From Mesotaenium endlicherianum (taxonomy: Eukaryota): DNA of 60,722 nucleotides. This document shows, piece by piece, positions 1 to 12,398 of this stretch (within the stretch, counting starts at the first letter, position 1; each line of letters begins with the position of its first letter). Under the pieces are notes generated by a model. It saw nothing but the letters and a program-made list of their open reading frames with translations. It did no database searches and was not told the origin of the DNA. The position numbers and the translations under genes were made by a program. Location: positions 204,601 through 265,322 of the forward strand of contig WELA01001907.1 in NCBI GenBank assembly GCA_009602735.1. The letters run 5' to 3'.

Positions 1-1385
1 TGGACATGAAGCTAGAAGAATCAGCGCCTATACAAGCAAGGAAGAGAGAGGCGTAAAATCTGGACTTGGACACTCGAGTGGTAAGCACCTTACCTTCATG
101 ATGAGGGGGGGGAATGTTATAGTTGTTTATAGTGCTTGTAAGCAAGGTCAAACCAGTCCCATGAGTTCATTTGTAACTAAGAGATTTGAAGTGGAAAGAA
201 GTTTGAGAGCAAGAGCTTGGAAGATACTCAAATCTGTCTATGATGGAGGGTTTTACGGGTACGCGAGCGCGAGGGTAAAAGTTGGCAGATTTTGGCTACT
301 TTTTGCCTATTTGGGAGAGAGTGGGTAATATTTTCACTAGAAGTCCTACATGATGTGGGAGGCCTAGTATGAGGCCTGCCTTGAGTTATAGTCAAGTTTC
401 TGAATCAGGGGTTTAAGCATGTGCCATTTGTAGGCGCGGGAGCTTTATCCATGTTCCGCGCGTCTGCGTCCTACGAGCGTGAGGCACAAAGTGACGATCT
501 CGTTTGAGTGTTAGACTTTGATTCAGATTCTGAAAGTTTGTGGAGAGTCCTATGGGTTGAGATTCAGAAAAAGTAAATTTTTTTATAAAACTATTAATTT
601 AAGTCCTGACAGTGCCACATGGCGGTCTGCTGGACTGCCGTGCGAGCCACATGTGTGATGCAAGGCGCAATCTGATTTTATGGTCTTAGACTCAAAATCA
701 GGGGAAACAGAGCATACCAGTGAGTTTAGAGGGGTGATTTTATGTAGATTGCACAACTTTCAGGCTAAAAATGTCAGAAAAGTCAGGGGGCTGCCACATG
801 GCGTCTTGAGAGGTCACCACGAGTCACGCACACGAGTGAGAGAGTGCAATACCTCTACAAGGAGTATGGCTTAGAGCTAGAGGTAGCTAAGGGTACCAGA
901 AGGTTCAGGAACATAGTGGAGTCAGGTTCATTATGTAAACAAGTCAAAATTATAAGAGCACCACGAGTAAGCCACATGGCGCGACGAGGAGCTGCCACTT
1001 GTCCAAGAGGGCGAAGAATGAGTATTTTGGTGATTTGGCGGACTATTATGCATTGGATCCAGCATTGGAGTATGTGGAGATGATGGAGGGAGTATGTTAC
1101 AACATTTATGAAGATATTGGCCTAATTCCGAGACGAAGGAATTGAAGAGAAGATGCACTTGTGTTAGGACACGCCATGTGTGGAGCCAATGTATGCGATG
1201 GAGCATTTACTAAGTGGAGCAAGTTTGGAGTGTTAAGTATCATCCTGTAGCCTGTTCAAGACCTGCAACTTGAATAATATATGTGAACATGTATTTTTCT
1301 AGCGTATATGTGAGCTCAATTCCTCATATGACGTCACTTATGCTTAGTATGCGTCGAGGACGTCGCATCTTGAGGAGGGGGATGA
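1..1385 (+). mobile_element. 3' internal region of an LTR retrotransposon (family A), ending in a polypurine tract
   Basis: CGAGGACG...TGAGGAGGGGGATGA (PPT ~1372-1385) directly precedes TGTAAG at 1386, which matches the start of the uninterrupted LTR copy at 52402. No recognisable pol domains in 1-1370. Confidence 0.6.
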
Positions 1386-1694
1386 TGTAAGATTATGAAA
1401 GTGAAGTTTGTTTCTTTGTAGTATTTTATATGCATAGAGTGTGATTTAATAAGAACTTTAACCCTTATTTCAAGTCATTTGGACAAGTATTGAGATAGTT
1501 ATGAATTTTGGAAGTTTTTAGTGAGTTTTTAATGTCACATATTCTATTTAGTGACAAGGACAGGTCCAGTGACGAAAATTTCGGTTGGAGTCCAGGAAGT
1601 AGGACATTGAAACATGAGGGTTCCAGAAAGTACGTACAATTACGTAGAGTGCCAAAGTGATCGTGAAATTTCTAAAAACTCCGTGAGGAGTTAG

Positions 1695-2416
1695 TGAAAT
1701 GAATCGACTTATCAAATAGGCGATTAACAATTAATAAAGATCTTTATATCAGCAAGTAATCTTTATGGTATTTTCCGTTAATTGGATTGACGGCAAAGGA
1801 CAACACACTAGCAGTGAATAATACTCGTCAGTCAAACGAGAGTAAACTAGCATCAATAATGCAAATCAGTAAACTCATACATAAGCAAGGTTAGAAGACA
1901 GTGCGTATCGATGGCTTCTCGCCTCATATTCAGATCTCTCTCAGTAAGCTGTACAAGAGAGTTGGCCTCGTTTCCAAATGCCGAACTCGAGAGCAATGCC
2001 TAGCATATGTACATGGAATGAGTTTACTGTTCAACGGTCAGTGCGATGGCACCGCCTACCCGGGAGTTAACCACGTTGGTAGGACCTCGGTTAACCAAAT
2101 CCACCGCCATCTCCCATCATCCCGAATCGCCATCCATCATAGGCATGTCATCTGGCCATTCATCTAGCATAACACACTTAGATGCATATTGAGGCAGTTC
2201 GCTGCTACCCAGTACGGAAGTCAGCTGGCTGTCAAAGAATGTGTCAGCAAGCTGACTTAAGGTGACCTCAGCCTGCTACTTCCGGCCTGAGTCATTAAAC
2301 TGATATTAAGTATAGAGTCCAGCAGACTGATTGTTAACTAGAGTTCAGCAGGCTGAACTTATTTAACTATATTATTTAAATGAATATTATGTCAACCAGT
2401 ATACTGATTCATTACA
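1695..2416 (-). repeat. 3' LTR of element B
   Basis: TGAAATGAATC...GATTCATTACA terminal inverted repeat (10/11 match). About 95% identical to 9654-10378 by manual count (~33 substitutions plus a 3-bp indel). Confidence 0.95.
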
Positions 2417-2431
2417 ATCCCTCCAACTTAT
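2417..2431 (-). promoter_or_regulatory. Polypurine tract of element B
   Basis: Minus strand reads ATAAGTTGGAGGGAT abutting the 3' LTR. The same motif recurs at 51300 in the second copy. Confidence 0.8.
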
Positions 2432-2501
2432 CATGTTGTCGCCTCGACAACACTAACACTAATAACAGCGTGCTGTCCCTCTTATCCCCAGCCTGCTGCC
2501 C

Positions 2502-4164
2502 TTAGGAGGTAGATGTCACTGAGGCCCTATACTCAGAAGAGCCAGACCTCCTCCTATCTGGTCTTCTGAAGCCTGTCAGAGGAGGAGGTTCCGAGTAAGG
2601 ACCCGGCGGAGAACGCAGTATCTGGGCTGTTTCCTCCTGCACAGTCTGAAACTGAAGGGAGGCAGCCTTCTCCTAGGCAGCCCTCAAAGTGACAGGTACG
2701 TATACCGGCATCCCAGAAGGATGTTGCATGACGTGAGCCAAGGGTACATGCCCTCTCTGCGAGGGAGATGCTGGCAGGCCTCTGGCTATCTCCCGAGCAG
2801 CCCTCCTGTCTGCCCTGTTTGACTGGGTCTCCTTGCCTGGAGATGGGCTCTGTCCTCTGGCAATCCCCAGCCAAGTGATATCCTCCTCTTTAGCGAGTTG
2901 CTGCGGGGCCCACCCCGTCTTCTCCCTTACAGGGGATGTGGCAGGTGTAAGGATCACGGCGGGGCTAGTGTCCTCCTCCTCGCCTTCCTCCTCGTCTTCC
3001 TCCGACTCCTCCTCCTCGCCCTCCCCGGGTTCCTCTGAGACTTCTGGGGTCTCCTCTGTCAGCTGCTCCAGCTCTTCCCGAGAAAAGGAATATCCTACTG
3101 ACCTTCCCCTTTTGGGTGCTGGTGGGGGCTGCTGAGTTCGGACCGCATAGAGGTCCTTTTCCTCCTGCTTACTTGCCCATTTGGCATAAGCGTGCTTCCC
3201 TTTGGAGAATGACTCTCGGGCCCTGCTCCTGTCCCCCTGCATCTCTTGGCTCATGCAGTCTCTGACTCCATCCAATCTTGGGTCCCAAGCCGCAATGTGA
3301 GGGGGCAATACTATGTTCCCGTTTAGGTCCGTCACGAAATCCTCATCCATCGCCCTGTCATTCTGCTGGTCCCTCATGTTGAGTCATCCATCGCCAATCA
3401 GTGGGCTTTTGGAAGAAGGCAGCGTCTGTCTTTTTGAGAGTACAAGACTACCAGTGCCCTGCAAAGTCCAGCTGATTGGTTTCTCTAGCCAAGACTTCCC
3501 AACTCCTACTCTCCACCTCATTGTACATGGCCTTGAACCTGTTGTGGGGTGTTGAGTCCTTGAAGCTGTCCGCGTCCATGGGGATTATCCTGATGACCCC
3601 ATCTGTCCCCCAGATACCAGGAATCGAGACAGCTCCTGCTTCGTTCACCTGGGCCATTACCTTGGCCTCTCCGATGGTATATCCTACCATCCTGGCGTAA
3701 TCGTGGTAGAGGAAGAGCCCTGTGCCGACCTCTATATACTTGTCAAAGTTTTCGGATGTCTCCCCTTCCATCTGGAGGATTTCCTTCTGCGACTCACTGC
3801 GACTTCTCTGGGCATACTTGAAGGCCTTCTTCAGTAGATCAAAGCCCTTGCCCAGCACCGTGTAGCGGTAGCTGCTGATTCTCCTCTGTTCTTCTTCTTC
3901 AGCCTGCTGCTTCCGCTTCTCCTCAGCTTGCCTCTCCTCCTCTGCTTTCTTGGCCTCCTCTGCAGCTTTTCTGTCCATTTCTTCTTGCCTTAGTCTGGCT
4001 TGTTCCTCCTCCTCCTTCTTCTTCTGTGCCTCCCGCTGTTGTTGGAGTCGTTGTGATTCCCGAGCGGAGATGGAAGATGATTCGATGTCTCCACGGAATT
4101 GCAAGTATTCTGCATGTGCCTCTTCCGCCCTTCTCTTTCTCTTGAGCTCCGACTTTTGAGTCAT
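2502..4164 (-). pseudogene. Accessory ORF-X of element B (reconstructed ~555 codons; NLS-like KRKRR, E/K/R coiled coil, globular core, acidic tract)
   Basis: Track ORFs 3448-4173 and 2673-3377 are joined in the homologous copy (52036-52380 reads across the junction). Breaks here are TAG at 3448-3450, a 2-bp deletion near 3380 and TAG at 2673-2675. Confidence 0.8.
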
Positions 4165-4420
4165 CCTGCTCAATCATAAACACAATACAGTTAGTGAAGT
4201 CATGATATTTTGCCGCTACTGAGTGCCCTTGATGAAGAGGAACGCGATCGGGAGAGTTCCTAGTGTGGAATACCTGGTGTGAGTAAATATAAGGAAAAAT
4301 TGAGTTAGAGAGCAAGTGAGTGTGAGCGCAGGTTGAGTGCGTAATATGGTGATCACAGACTACCACTCCCTCCTATCTTAAATTTAAAGGTGGGCTGCCT
4401 GTCACAACTGTCACTAACTG

Positions 4421-7400
4421 TCACATTGCCCTCCAACTTATATGGAGACAGGACCGCCTGTCACCTTCCCGTGTCAACTGAAATGACTGTTCGGGAGGTG
4501 CCCCAGCCGCCCGAAGGTGGAACCGTTTCAACGCCCCTTTGGCATTAGTCAGCTGGTCTTCAAATTCCCAAGTGTCCCCAGAGGCATCGTAACCCTTCCA
4601 TCGGATGAGGTACTTCATCACATATTTAGACGATCGACGGACCGAGCGAGCGTCTAAAATCTCCTCGACCTCATATTCCTCAGGATCGCCGTGCCGGACA
4701 GCGGGGACCGGTCCCGGTTGGACAGGTAACCGACCTGTGAACAGTGAATCACCTTTGATGTATGGTTCCAGGAAGGAGACATTAAAGACCGGGTGACCCT
4801 TGTAGTCAGCTGACATGTTCAGTTTGTAAGCATTCTGACCGACACGACGTACCACCGAATATGGACCGACCCAGACAGGGCCAAGCTTTTTCTTGACCAC
4901 ACCAGGGAGGTACAGGTGCTGAGAATGCAGTTTGACTAAATCCCCCTTGGAAAATGTCAGTTCCCGACGNAAAAATGTCAGCTGCCGACGCTGTTGATTA
5001 GCGTATTTTTGTTGGTTTTCTTAGGCTTTGTGCAGGCTTTGTTGGACTTCTGACAGGGTGTCAGCAAACTCCTGAGTTAACTGGAGGGAGACCGGGTTGT
5101 CAATCCCTTCCGGGTGAGTTAAAGATTCCCCTAGCACATCTAGAGGAGACTTAGGGACTCTACCCAGGCTGAGTTCAAAAGGAGTTTTGCCCGTTGACGC
5201 GTGCACCGCACTGTTGACCGCAAACTGAATTTGAGGCAACAGGTCATCCCAATTATCTTGTTTTTGGTTAATATATGCTCTCAGCACCTCCTGCAGAACT
5301 CGGTTAGTTCTTTCAGTCTGCCCATCAGTCTGAGGGCGGTTTGCTGTGTTGAGCAGCTGTTTGACTCCCATTAACTTCATTAAAGGTCTCCAAATCTTAG
5401 AGGTGAAATTTGAGTCTTTGTCTGAGATGATATTAGAAGGTAGCCCATGTTGGCACACTACATGGTTGTAAAACTGTCTCGCTGTTTCGAGTGCAGTTAC
5501 TTTGACAGTTGTGGGGATGAAAATGACCATTTTTGTCAGTTTATCCACGACTACCAATATCGAATCATGCCCGTTGGCAGTTCTTGNCCAGTTCGTGGTA
5601 GTGTGACCACCCAGTCCATGGATATAGTTTCCTAGCGTCCAGCTGGGATGGGCAGTGGTTGCAAGAGACCTCCGGGTGGTGTGTGCCGAGACTTATGTCT
5701 CTGACACTGGTCACAAGACTTGACATATTTCAAGACCTCCCGGGGTAACCCCTCCCAATGATAATGTTTTGTCAGTTTGCCAACAGTTTTGGCCTGCCCC
5801 AAATGTCCACCCAGGAGACTGTCATGAGCTTGACTCAGTAAGAGAGACCTTATTTCCAAATTATTAGGAATGACCAGCTTCAGCCTGCCTGAAGTGGTTT
5901 CAGTCACCCAGACCCCTCCCTCAAGCTTATAACCGAGTGCAGTAGCACGACACACACCAGTAGTGGGGCTGGGCTCAAATGTTGGGTCAGAAAGGTAGGC
6001 TTTCCTAAGTTGTTCTAGGAAGGACTTTTTCACCTTTAAAGAAGTGAGTGCACACAGGACTTTATCCACAGGATGCTGACTAAAGTTCCTTTGTTGCAAG
6101 TCAGGTCTTCTAGAGAGTGCATCAGCAGGATTCAACTTCCCTGGTTTGTAGTCGATCTGGACTTGGAACTGCTCCAGCATCTGGCTCCAGCGGTTCTCCC
6201 TCCTCGACAGCTTGGACTTCTTCTGAAAGTGGGTCAGAGCTAGATGATCTGTAATCACCTTAAAAGCTTTACCATGTAAGTATGCTCTCCACTGTTTGAG
6301 TACATGAATGATAGCTAGCAGCTCTTTATCATGCACTGAGTAATTAATCTCCGCTGGATTAAATTTCATAGACTCATACAACACAGGATGCCACTCCTGC
6401 CGTACCTTACCATCCTTTGTGGTTTTGTCAGCAGGCTGCAACAAAATAGCACCCATGGCAAAATCAGAGGCATCAGTAACCACCTGCACCGGTTTGCTGG
6501 GGTCATACACGGCTAGCACTGGGGCAGAACAAAGGGCATCTTTAAGGGTCTGGAAGGCAGCCTGCTGCTCTTCCCCCCACACATACCCGATGTCTTTCTT
6601 AGTAAGGTCAGTCAGTTTACTGGCCTTTGTGGAATAATTCTCAATAAATCTCCTATAGTATTTAGCCAACCCGAGAAAGGATCTAACTTCAGAGACAGAC
6701 TGTGGTATTGGCCAGTCCCTTATGGTCTGGACTATCTTAGGATCCACGCTGATGCCCTTTATACTGACAATGTGGCCTAAGAATTCAATACTGTCTTTGA
6801 AGAAATCACACTTGCTCATTTTAGCATATAAGTGATTCGTTCTCAGAGTGTCCAAGACTATCGTTAAGTGTTCAGCGTGCTGAGCTTCATCTTTAGAGAA
6901 GATTAAAATATCATCCAGGAAAACTTGCACAAACTTATCCAAATAAGGTCTGAAAATGTCATTCATAGCACCCATGAAGGTGGCAGGAGCATTAGTCAGT
7001 CCAAATGGCATCACGTTGAACTCATAGTGTCCATAACGTGTACGGAAGGCAGTCTTGTCTTCATCCCCCTCAGCAATTCTGATTTGATGATAACCACTCT
7101 TGAGATCTATCTTACTGATCACCTTAGCACCAGACAGAGTATCAAGCAAGTCTTCGATCCTGGGTAAAGTATACTTGTTCTTTACTGTAATTCTGTTCAG
7201 GGCTCTGTAATCCACACACATCTGCAGACTGCCATCCTTTTTCTTAAGAAATAGGATGGGTGCGCCGTAAGGTGGTTTACTGGGAGAAATATAACTATTT
7301 TCCTCAAGCTCTGCAATCTGTGTTTTCAACTCCTCGCTCTCCACATAAGACAAGCCATACGTGCGTTGCCAAGGTGGCTGACTCCCAGGTAATAGATCAA

Positions 7401-8238
7401 TCCTATGATCTACTTCCCTTTTAGGGGGTAGTCCTGGAGGCATATTAAACACATCAGTGTACTGAGCAACAATTTTTGCAGCAGTAGGGTGCTCCGAAGG
7501 GCTTACCTTTTTCTCAACCACTTCTTCAGGTTGAGGAGGTACCTCTCTTAGCAGCAGACAGAACATTCTGTCTTCCTTCTGGTTCCAGCTTTTGACGAAC
7601 TCCATTGCATTCAGCAACTTGCATCCTTCTGGAAGCCTCTTCTTTTCCTTCATTTGCCATCCACACAGGACAAGAGGAAGAGCACTGGTGGGTGCCAAGT
7701 CAGTCTGCCCATCACTGGCTCCTCTCACTTTAACTGTACCTCTGCTCCAACACACTTCAGCTTGATGTCTATTAAGCCAGGACCTGCCTAGCACGAGATC
7801 ATAAAAGCCAGTGTTGAGTACCTCAAATGTAAGCGTTTCAGTTAGAACTGCAATGCCAGAACCTAACTGGACCTCAATAGGCTTGGTTATAACTCCTCCC
7901 GGGATACTTGAGGCATCTCCAAGGAATATTTTTCTATTCCCTTGGGTGACAGTAGGCAGCCTTAGCCGCTTAACTAAGTCCTTGTGGATAAAAGTATGTG
8001 ACGCCCCTCCGTCAACAAATGCCCTCACCTTCCTACCTGCAATCATGCAATGCAGTAGGATAGGGGGGACTGTCTTTTCCTGACTTTCGCATTGTTCTCC
8101 TGACGTAGCAAAGAAATGTTGGACATCAGGTGGAACAAGAGCATCCAGAGTGTGCACTCTCTGGACGTCTATATTGCTGATGGTCTCCTTTATCTGGTCG
8201 TCAGGCATGCATAGTGAATCCAGTTCAGCAGGACCCAT
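4421..8238 (-). pseudogene. pol of element B: aspartic protease, RT, RNase H, integrase, C-terminal chromodomain
   Basis: AFVDGGASH protease; [24 protein letters not shown] and [12 protein letters not shown] motifs; VVTDASD RNase H; HDSLLGGH...CDQC zinc finger; PQTDGQTERTNR core; GPY/F motif; EYEVEEIL...YLIRWKGY..DTWE chromodomain. In-frame stops at 5632 and 5021. Confidence 0.95.
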
Positions 8239-8316
8239 AATACCTGCTACGAGGGCAGCTAGTGACGACTCACTATCTCTAGCATCCTCACAGTCAGTAG
8301 ACTGGATTACTGACTG

Positions 8317-9619
8317 TTACTGTGGCTGGTCTTTTCTCTTGACCTTTAACAGGTGCTTGACTGGACACTGTTCTCTGTAGTGGCCTTTCTGCTGACAATG
8401 GCTTCTTGACAATCTTAGACACCAAAGCGTTACTCTGGCGCTTGTGATTGAACTGCTGCTGATCCCAGGCGTCAGCATCCTGCATCAAGTCAGCCAGTTT
8501 CTCCTACTTTTTCTCAGCAAAATGACCAGAGACCTCGGATTTCAAGCCATACCTGAAGTATGCTATCCTATACCGTTCTGGCAAATCTGGCAACTTCATC
8601 ATGTTCTCTTGGAACTTTTGAGCAAACTCAGCAACTAAAGTGGTCTGCTTCTGTGTCAGGAAGATCATCGCATAGATAGCTTTCTCCTGGTTGATGACCT
8701 GGCTTTCTAGCTGGTTGATGACATCAAACTTCTCATGCAACTTCTCGACAAACTCTACCCACGTAGGGTCACCGAGTTGCCGAGCCTTACGCTCTCCCTC
8801 CCAGTAAAGCCACCAGTCTGCGGCACTGCCTTTCAGTAGCGCACCGGTGTGCCTGACCTTCTCGTAATCTTGCAGTTCTGGGTAGTTCTCCAGCCACTGC
8901 TCAACATCCGCGAGAAACTTGATCAGGTAATATTTTCTGTTTCCCTCAGGATCATAGTCCTGGGGAGGTTTCGGCTTGGGCTTACTAGGCCCTCGGCCAC
9001 CACCACTAGTGGTGTGAGACCCCAGTTGGTCTCTGTCCCGCAGTAGGGACATTATGATTCTTTTGTCCTCCTGCTGGGACTGATACATGGTCGCCATTTG
9101 CGACTGCATCTGAACGAACAATGCTCCCAAGTCTACATTTTGGGGTGGTAGATTAGCAAATGCAGCAGCAGCATTGGCATCTACTCGCTGAGTAGTGTCC
9201 TCAACAATCCCTCTTGCTCCTGCAGCAGCAATTCCTGCCGCATTCAGCCGGTCACGTATTTGACCTAGGGGTACATTGAGTTGTACAGCAGGAGGTGGTT
9301 TCAGAACATTGGCCCTTGATGCCATAAGTTCTTCAACAGTGCGCTTGTCAGCCGGCTGTCCTTCCCTCCTTTCTGTATCTTCAGCGGCCCTTGCTACTTG
9401 TTCAGCTTCTAATCTGGCTCTCTCCTCCTCAGCTTGCTGTGTTGCGACTGTGGCAATAGCAGCTGCCTCATCTGCAGCCTCTCTAGCTTCAGTATCTGCT
9501 ACTGCCTCAGAATAAGTACGGGTTCCCGCTACATGGCTTTCCGCCTGGTTTTCGACATTCTCGTTATCCTGGTTCTCCATGTCTCGGGAGTTGCTAGTTT
9601 GAGACCTTGTCCTTACCAT
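8317..9619 (-). pseudogene. gag of element B
   Basis: 371-aa ORF with retrotransposon-gag motif LLKGSAADWW. In-frame TAG at 8504-8506. A zinc-knuckle remnant HCQQKGHYREQC follows an apparent frameshift at ~8401 and ends at TAA 8317-8319. Confidence 0.85.
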
Positions 9620-9640
9620 ACAAAGAAGACTGTGATAACT

Positions 9641-9652
9641 GCTCCGATACCA
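9641..9652 (-). promoter_or_regulatory. Primer-binding site (tRNA-iMet type)
   Basis: Minus strand TGGTATCGGAGC, 1 nt from the 5' LTR. Confidence 0.88.
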
Positions 9653-9653
9653 C

Positions 9654-10378
9654 TGAAATGAATCGACTTACCAAATAGGCGATTAACAATTAATAAAGAT
9701 CTTTATATCAGCAAGTAATCTTTATGGTATTTTTCGTTAACTGGTTTAACGGCAAAGGACAACACACTAGCAGTGAATTATACTCGTCAGTCAAATGAGA
9801 GTAAACTAGCATCAATATTGCAAATCAGTAAACTCATATATAAGCAAGGTTAGAAGACAGTTGGTATCGATGGCTTCTCGCCTTGGATTCAGATCTCTCT
9901 CAGTAAGCTGTACAAGAGAGTTGGCCTCGTCTCCGAATGCCGAACCCGAGAGCAATGTCTAGCGTATGTACATGGAATGAGTTTACAGTTCAACGGTCAG
10001 TGCGATGGCACCGCCTACCCGGGAGTTAACCACGTTGGTAGGACCTCGGTTAACCAAATTCACCGCCATCTCCCATCATCTCGAATCGCCATCCATCATA
10101 GGGATGTCGTCTGGCCATTCATCTAGCATAACACACTTAGATGCATATCGAGGCAGTTTGCTGCTACCGAGTACGGAAGTCAGCTGGCTGTCAAAGAATG
10201 TGTCAGCAAGCTGACTTAAGGTGACCTCAGCCTGCTACTTCCGGCCTGAGTCATTAAACTGATATGGAGTAAAAAGTCCAGCAGACTGGTTGTTAACTAG
10301 AGTTCAGCAGGCTGAACTTATTTATTAACTATATTATTTAAATAAATATTATGTCAACCAGTATACTGATTCATTACA
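9654..10378 (-). repeat. 5' LTR of element B
   Basis: Direct repeat of 1695-2416, flanked by the PBS and the TSD. Confidence 0.95.
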
Positions 10379-12074
10379 GTTAGTGGATTGTGTAGTAGAA
10401 TATTCTAGAGTGTGATTGTGTGCGTGTAAGTGTGCTAGCTTGTCTAACTAGGCAAGGTCACCTACATGGAAGGAGCCATAGGAGAAGGTTCTGGAGGTAC
10501 TTTGCTAGAGAGCACACTTAGAGTTAAAGGATAAAATGGGAAGCACAAGGAAGTAGAGGGGGCTTATCCTAGTCTAACCTTCGTATCTTGTACACGACTT
10601 TTCTTAATAAAGTGAGTTCTTTTCCACTCCTCTCTCATGTAGCCCTCTAACTCTTGCAAAGATGGCATACCACCAGGCCACTCCACCTTGTGTATGCAAC
10701 TAGGAAAGGTCCTCGTGCACGCTTCCAGTCGCGGGTGAGGGTGCGTGAGTGTGCATGGGCGCACTCCCCGCACCCTCTCCCCTCTCAGCACCTGCCACCT
10801 TTTAGCGCATCGTGGACAAGGAGCTGGGAGGGCTTTCCTTTTCTTGGTGTTACATTAATGACGTGCTCATCTTCAGTGAGACGTACGAGGCAGCATGGCC
10901 AAGCATGCTCCCTTCTGGGGCGGCAGAGCCCCCTCGCCGCTAGGTGAAGTCACGGCGTGGCCCCCCTCCCGTCCCTCCTATTCCTCGTGCGGGTGAGAAC
11001 TGAGCCCCCTGTCAATCCCCAGGCTGCATAGGCCAGGCGCTGCATGAGCCCCCCCTAGGGCCTCGCTTCTTATCGCCTTGGAGATGCCGTTCTTGCCTTT
11101 GTCCCCTTCCTCCTCCTTTCCATTTTTCAATGTTGTGTTTTTGCCCAAGTTGGCACAGTCATTCTCAAGGTCATCTGGATCCAAACGCTCACGCTTGTGT
11201 CGACGTGCCCTCTCAAGTTGTCAAGCTAGAATCGCGCGTGACTTACTCGCAGCTCGAGGCGCAATTGAGCTTATGTGGTATCTCCCATGGTCTTTGTTGC
11301 CGTGGCGACTCCGTGGTGGCGATCCGTGGTGGCGATCCTGCAAGTGGACAAAATCTTGGCCTAGCCTTTCACGTCTTACCTTCCACATCGTCAGATGTGT
11401 TGTGGCCATCTCTGGCCTGACAATCGGGTGGACCACGACCTGGCTTGTCCACCTCACCCATCCCGGTGTGTCTTGTTTTCTCATTGTATGCATTACGCAT
11501 CCTGCATGACAAGGTCACTTTTAGTCCGCCAGCTCATGTCAACCTTGCCATATTGATCCTGCTTGGTTTTTCGCGGTCAAACTAGACTTTGCGCCGTACT
11601 TTGACTCGTCGTATCTTCCCTTGCGCGTGTTAGACCGACAATGAATTTAAGTCGCAACAAAGAGCGCCTCTTTGAATACTGTGAATCTTGTTGTGTCTAG
11701 CCGCATCAGACCCAAGGCATGTGTGATGCTCTCTAGCACGTGTGTGCCATTTACCTGGTCGATGTGCCGATGGCCCTTCATGCGTGCATGCGCTGCCCGG
11801 TCGGCTGGTCGGTGCTCCCTGCACGTGAAGGATAAACCTAGACGATCAACCTTCGCACGTGTGTCGCTGGTAGGTTGCCTGTGATTGACCAATTTTTGGT
11901 CATCTTGCATTGGCTCCAGCCTGTGAGAGGGTTAACACTTAGTGTTCTCACAGTTACTTTGTCCTCTCTCAGCACTTTCTACAGGACTTGTAAACTTTGC
12001 AAAAAAGATCATTGAACTTAATCTTTTTTATACCCCTCCCTTTCCACTGAGTGTCCCTGCTTCTTAGCTATGAA

Positions 12075-12398
12075 TTAATTTTGTTGTCCAACTTTCTCGC
12101 TGGGTGGTTTAGAAAGGCAGCCAGGACAGTCCCAACGTCTTGCCACGATCTCTTCCTTACCAGTGCAGAAAGTGTGCCATCTGGCACCATACTTATCACA
12201 AGTACCGATTGCCTCTTGATCGTCCAGCACTTTGCAGCTGGCACATGGTGTAGCTTGCACCAATGCCACCGGCACAGCCCTAGCAGTAGCATGAGCATTT
12301 GAAAAATGACATAGTGAACAATTCTGCTCATGATCTCTTATGGTCTTACCATCAGAGCCTACCAGCTCAAACACACCGCTTCCTAACACATGTCTCAC
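12075..12398 (-). pseudogene. PHD finger at the C-terminus of element C pol
   Basis: CASC-x11-CDK(Y)-x4-HTFC-x9-WDCPGC fits C4HC3 PHD spacing with one Cys changed to Tyr. Lies directly downstream of integrase on the same strand. Confidence 0.75.

Larger units (their letters stand above)
1695..10378 (-). mobile_element. Full-length Ty3/gypsy chromovirus-type LTR retrotransposon (family B), mildly decayed
   Basis: Two ~720-bp LTRs with TG...CA ends, 5-bp TSD GTTAG (1690-1694 / 10379-10383), PBS, PPT, and domain order gag-PR-RT-RH-INT-chromodomain. Confidence 0.97.
1386..10787 (+). repeat. Family A 3' LTR split into 1386-1694 and 10384-10787 by insertion of element B
   Basis: Joined together, the two halves align colinearly with the uninterrupted LTR at 52402-53110 (TGTAAG...CCCCT[C/T]TCA). 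The empty site GAGGAGTTAGTGGATTG is at ~52701. Confidence 0.9.

Noticed and set aside
1901..2167. Recurrent ORFs MRIDGFSP... and MAPPTRELTT... (also at 10005, 17573, 17737, 50676, 50928)
   Set aside because: They lie within family B LTRs. They recur because the LTR is repeated, and the frames and stops differ between copies.
2502..4164. ORF-X as an env glycoprotein
   Set aside because: The position fits, but no signal peptide or hydrophobic transmembrane segment is visible and the protein is highly charged.
4951..4990. Duplicated AAAAATGTCAG.T.CCGACG around a single N
   Set aside because: Most likely a contig-join artefact rather than a real duplication or frameshift signal.
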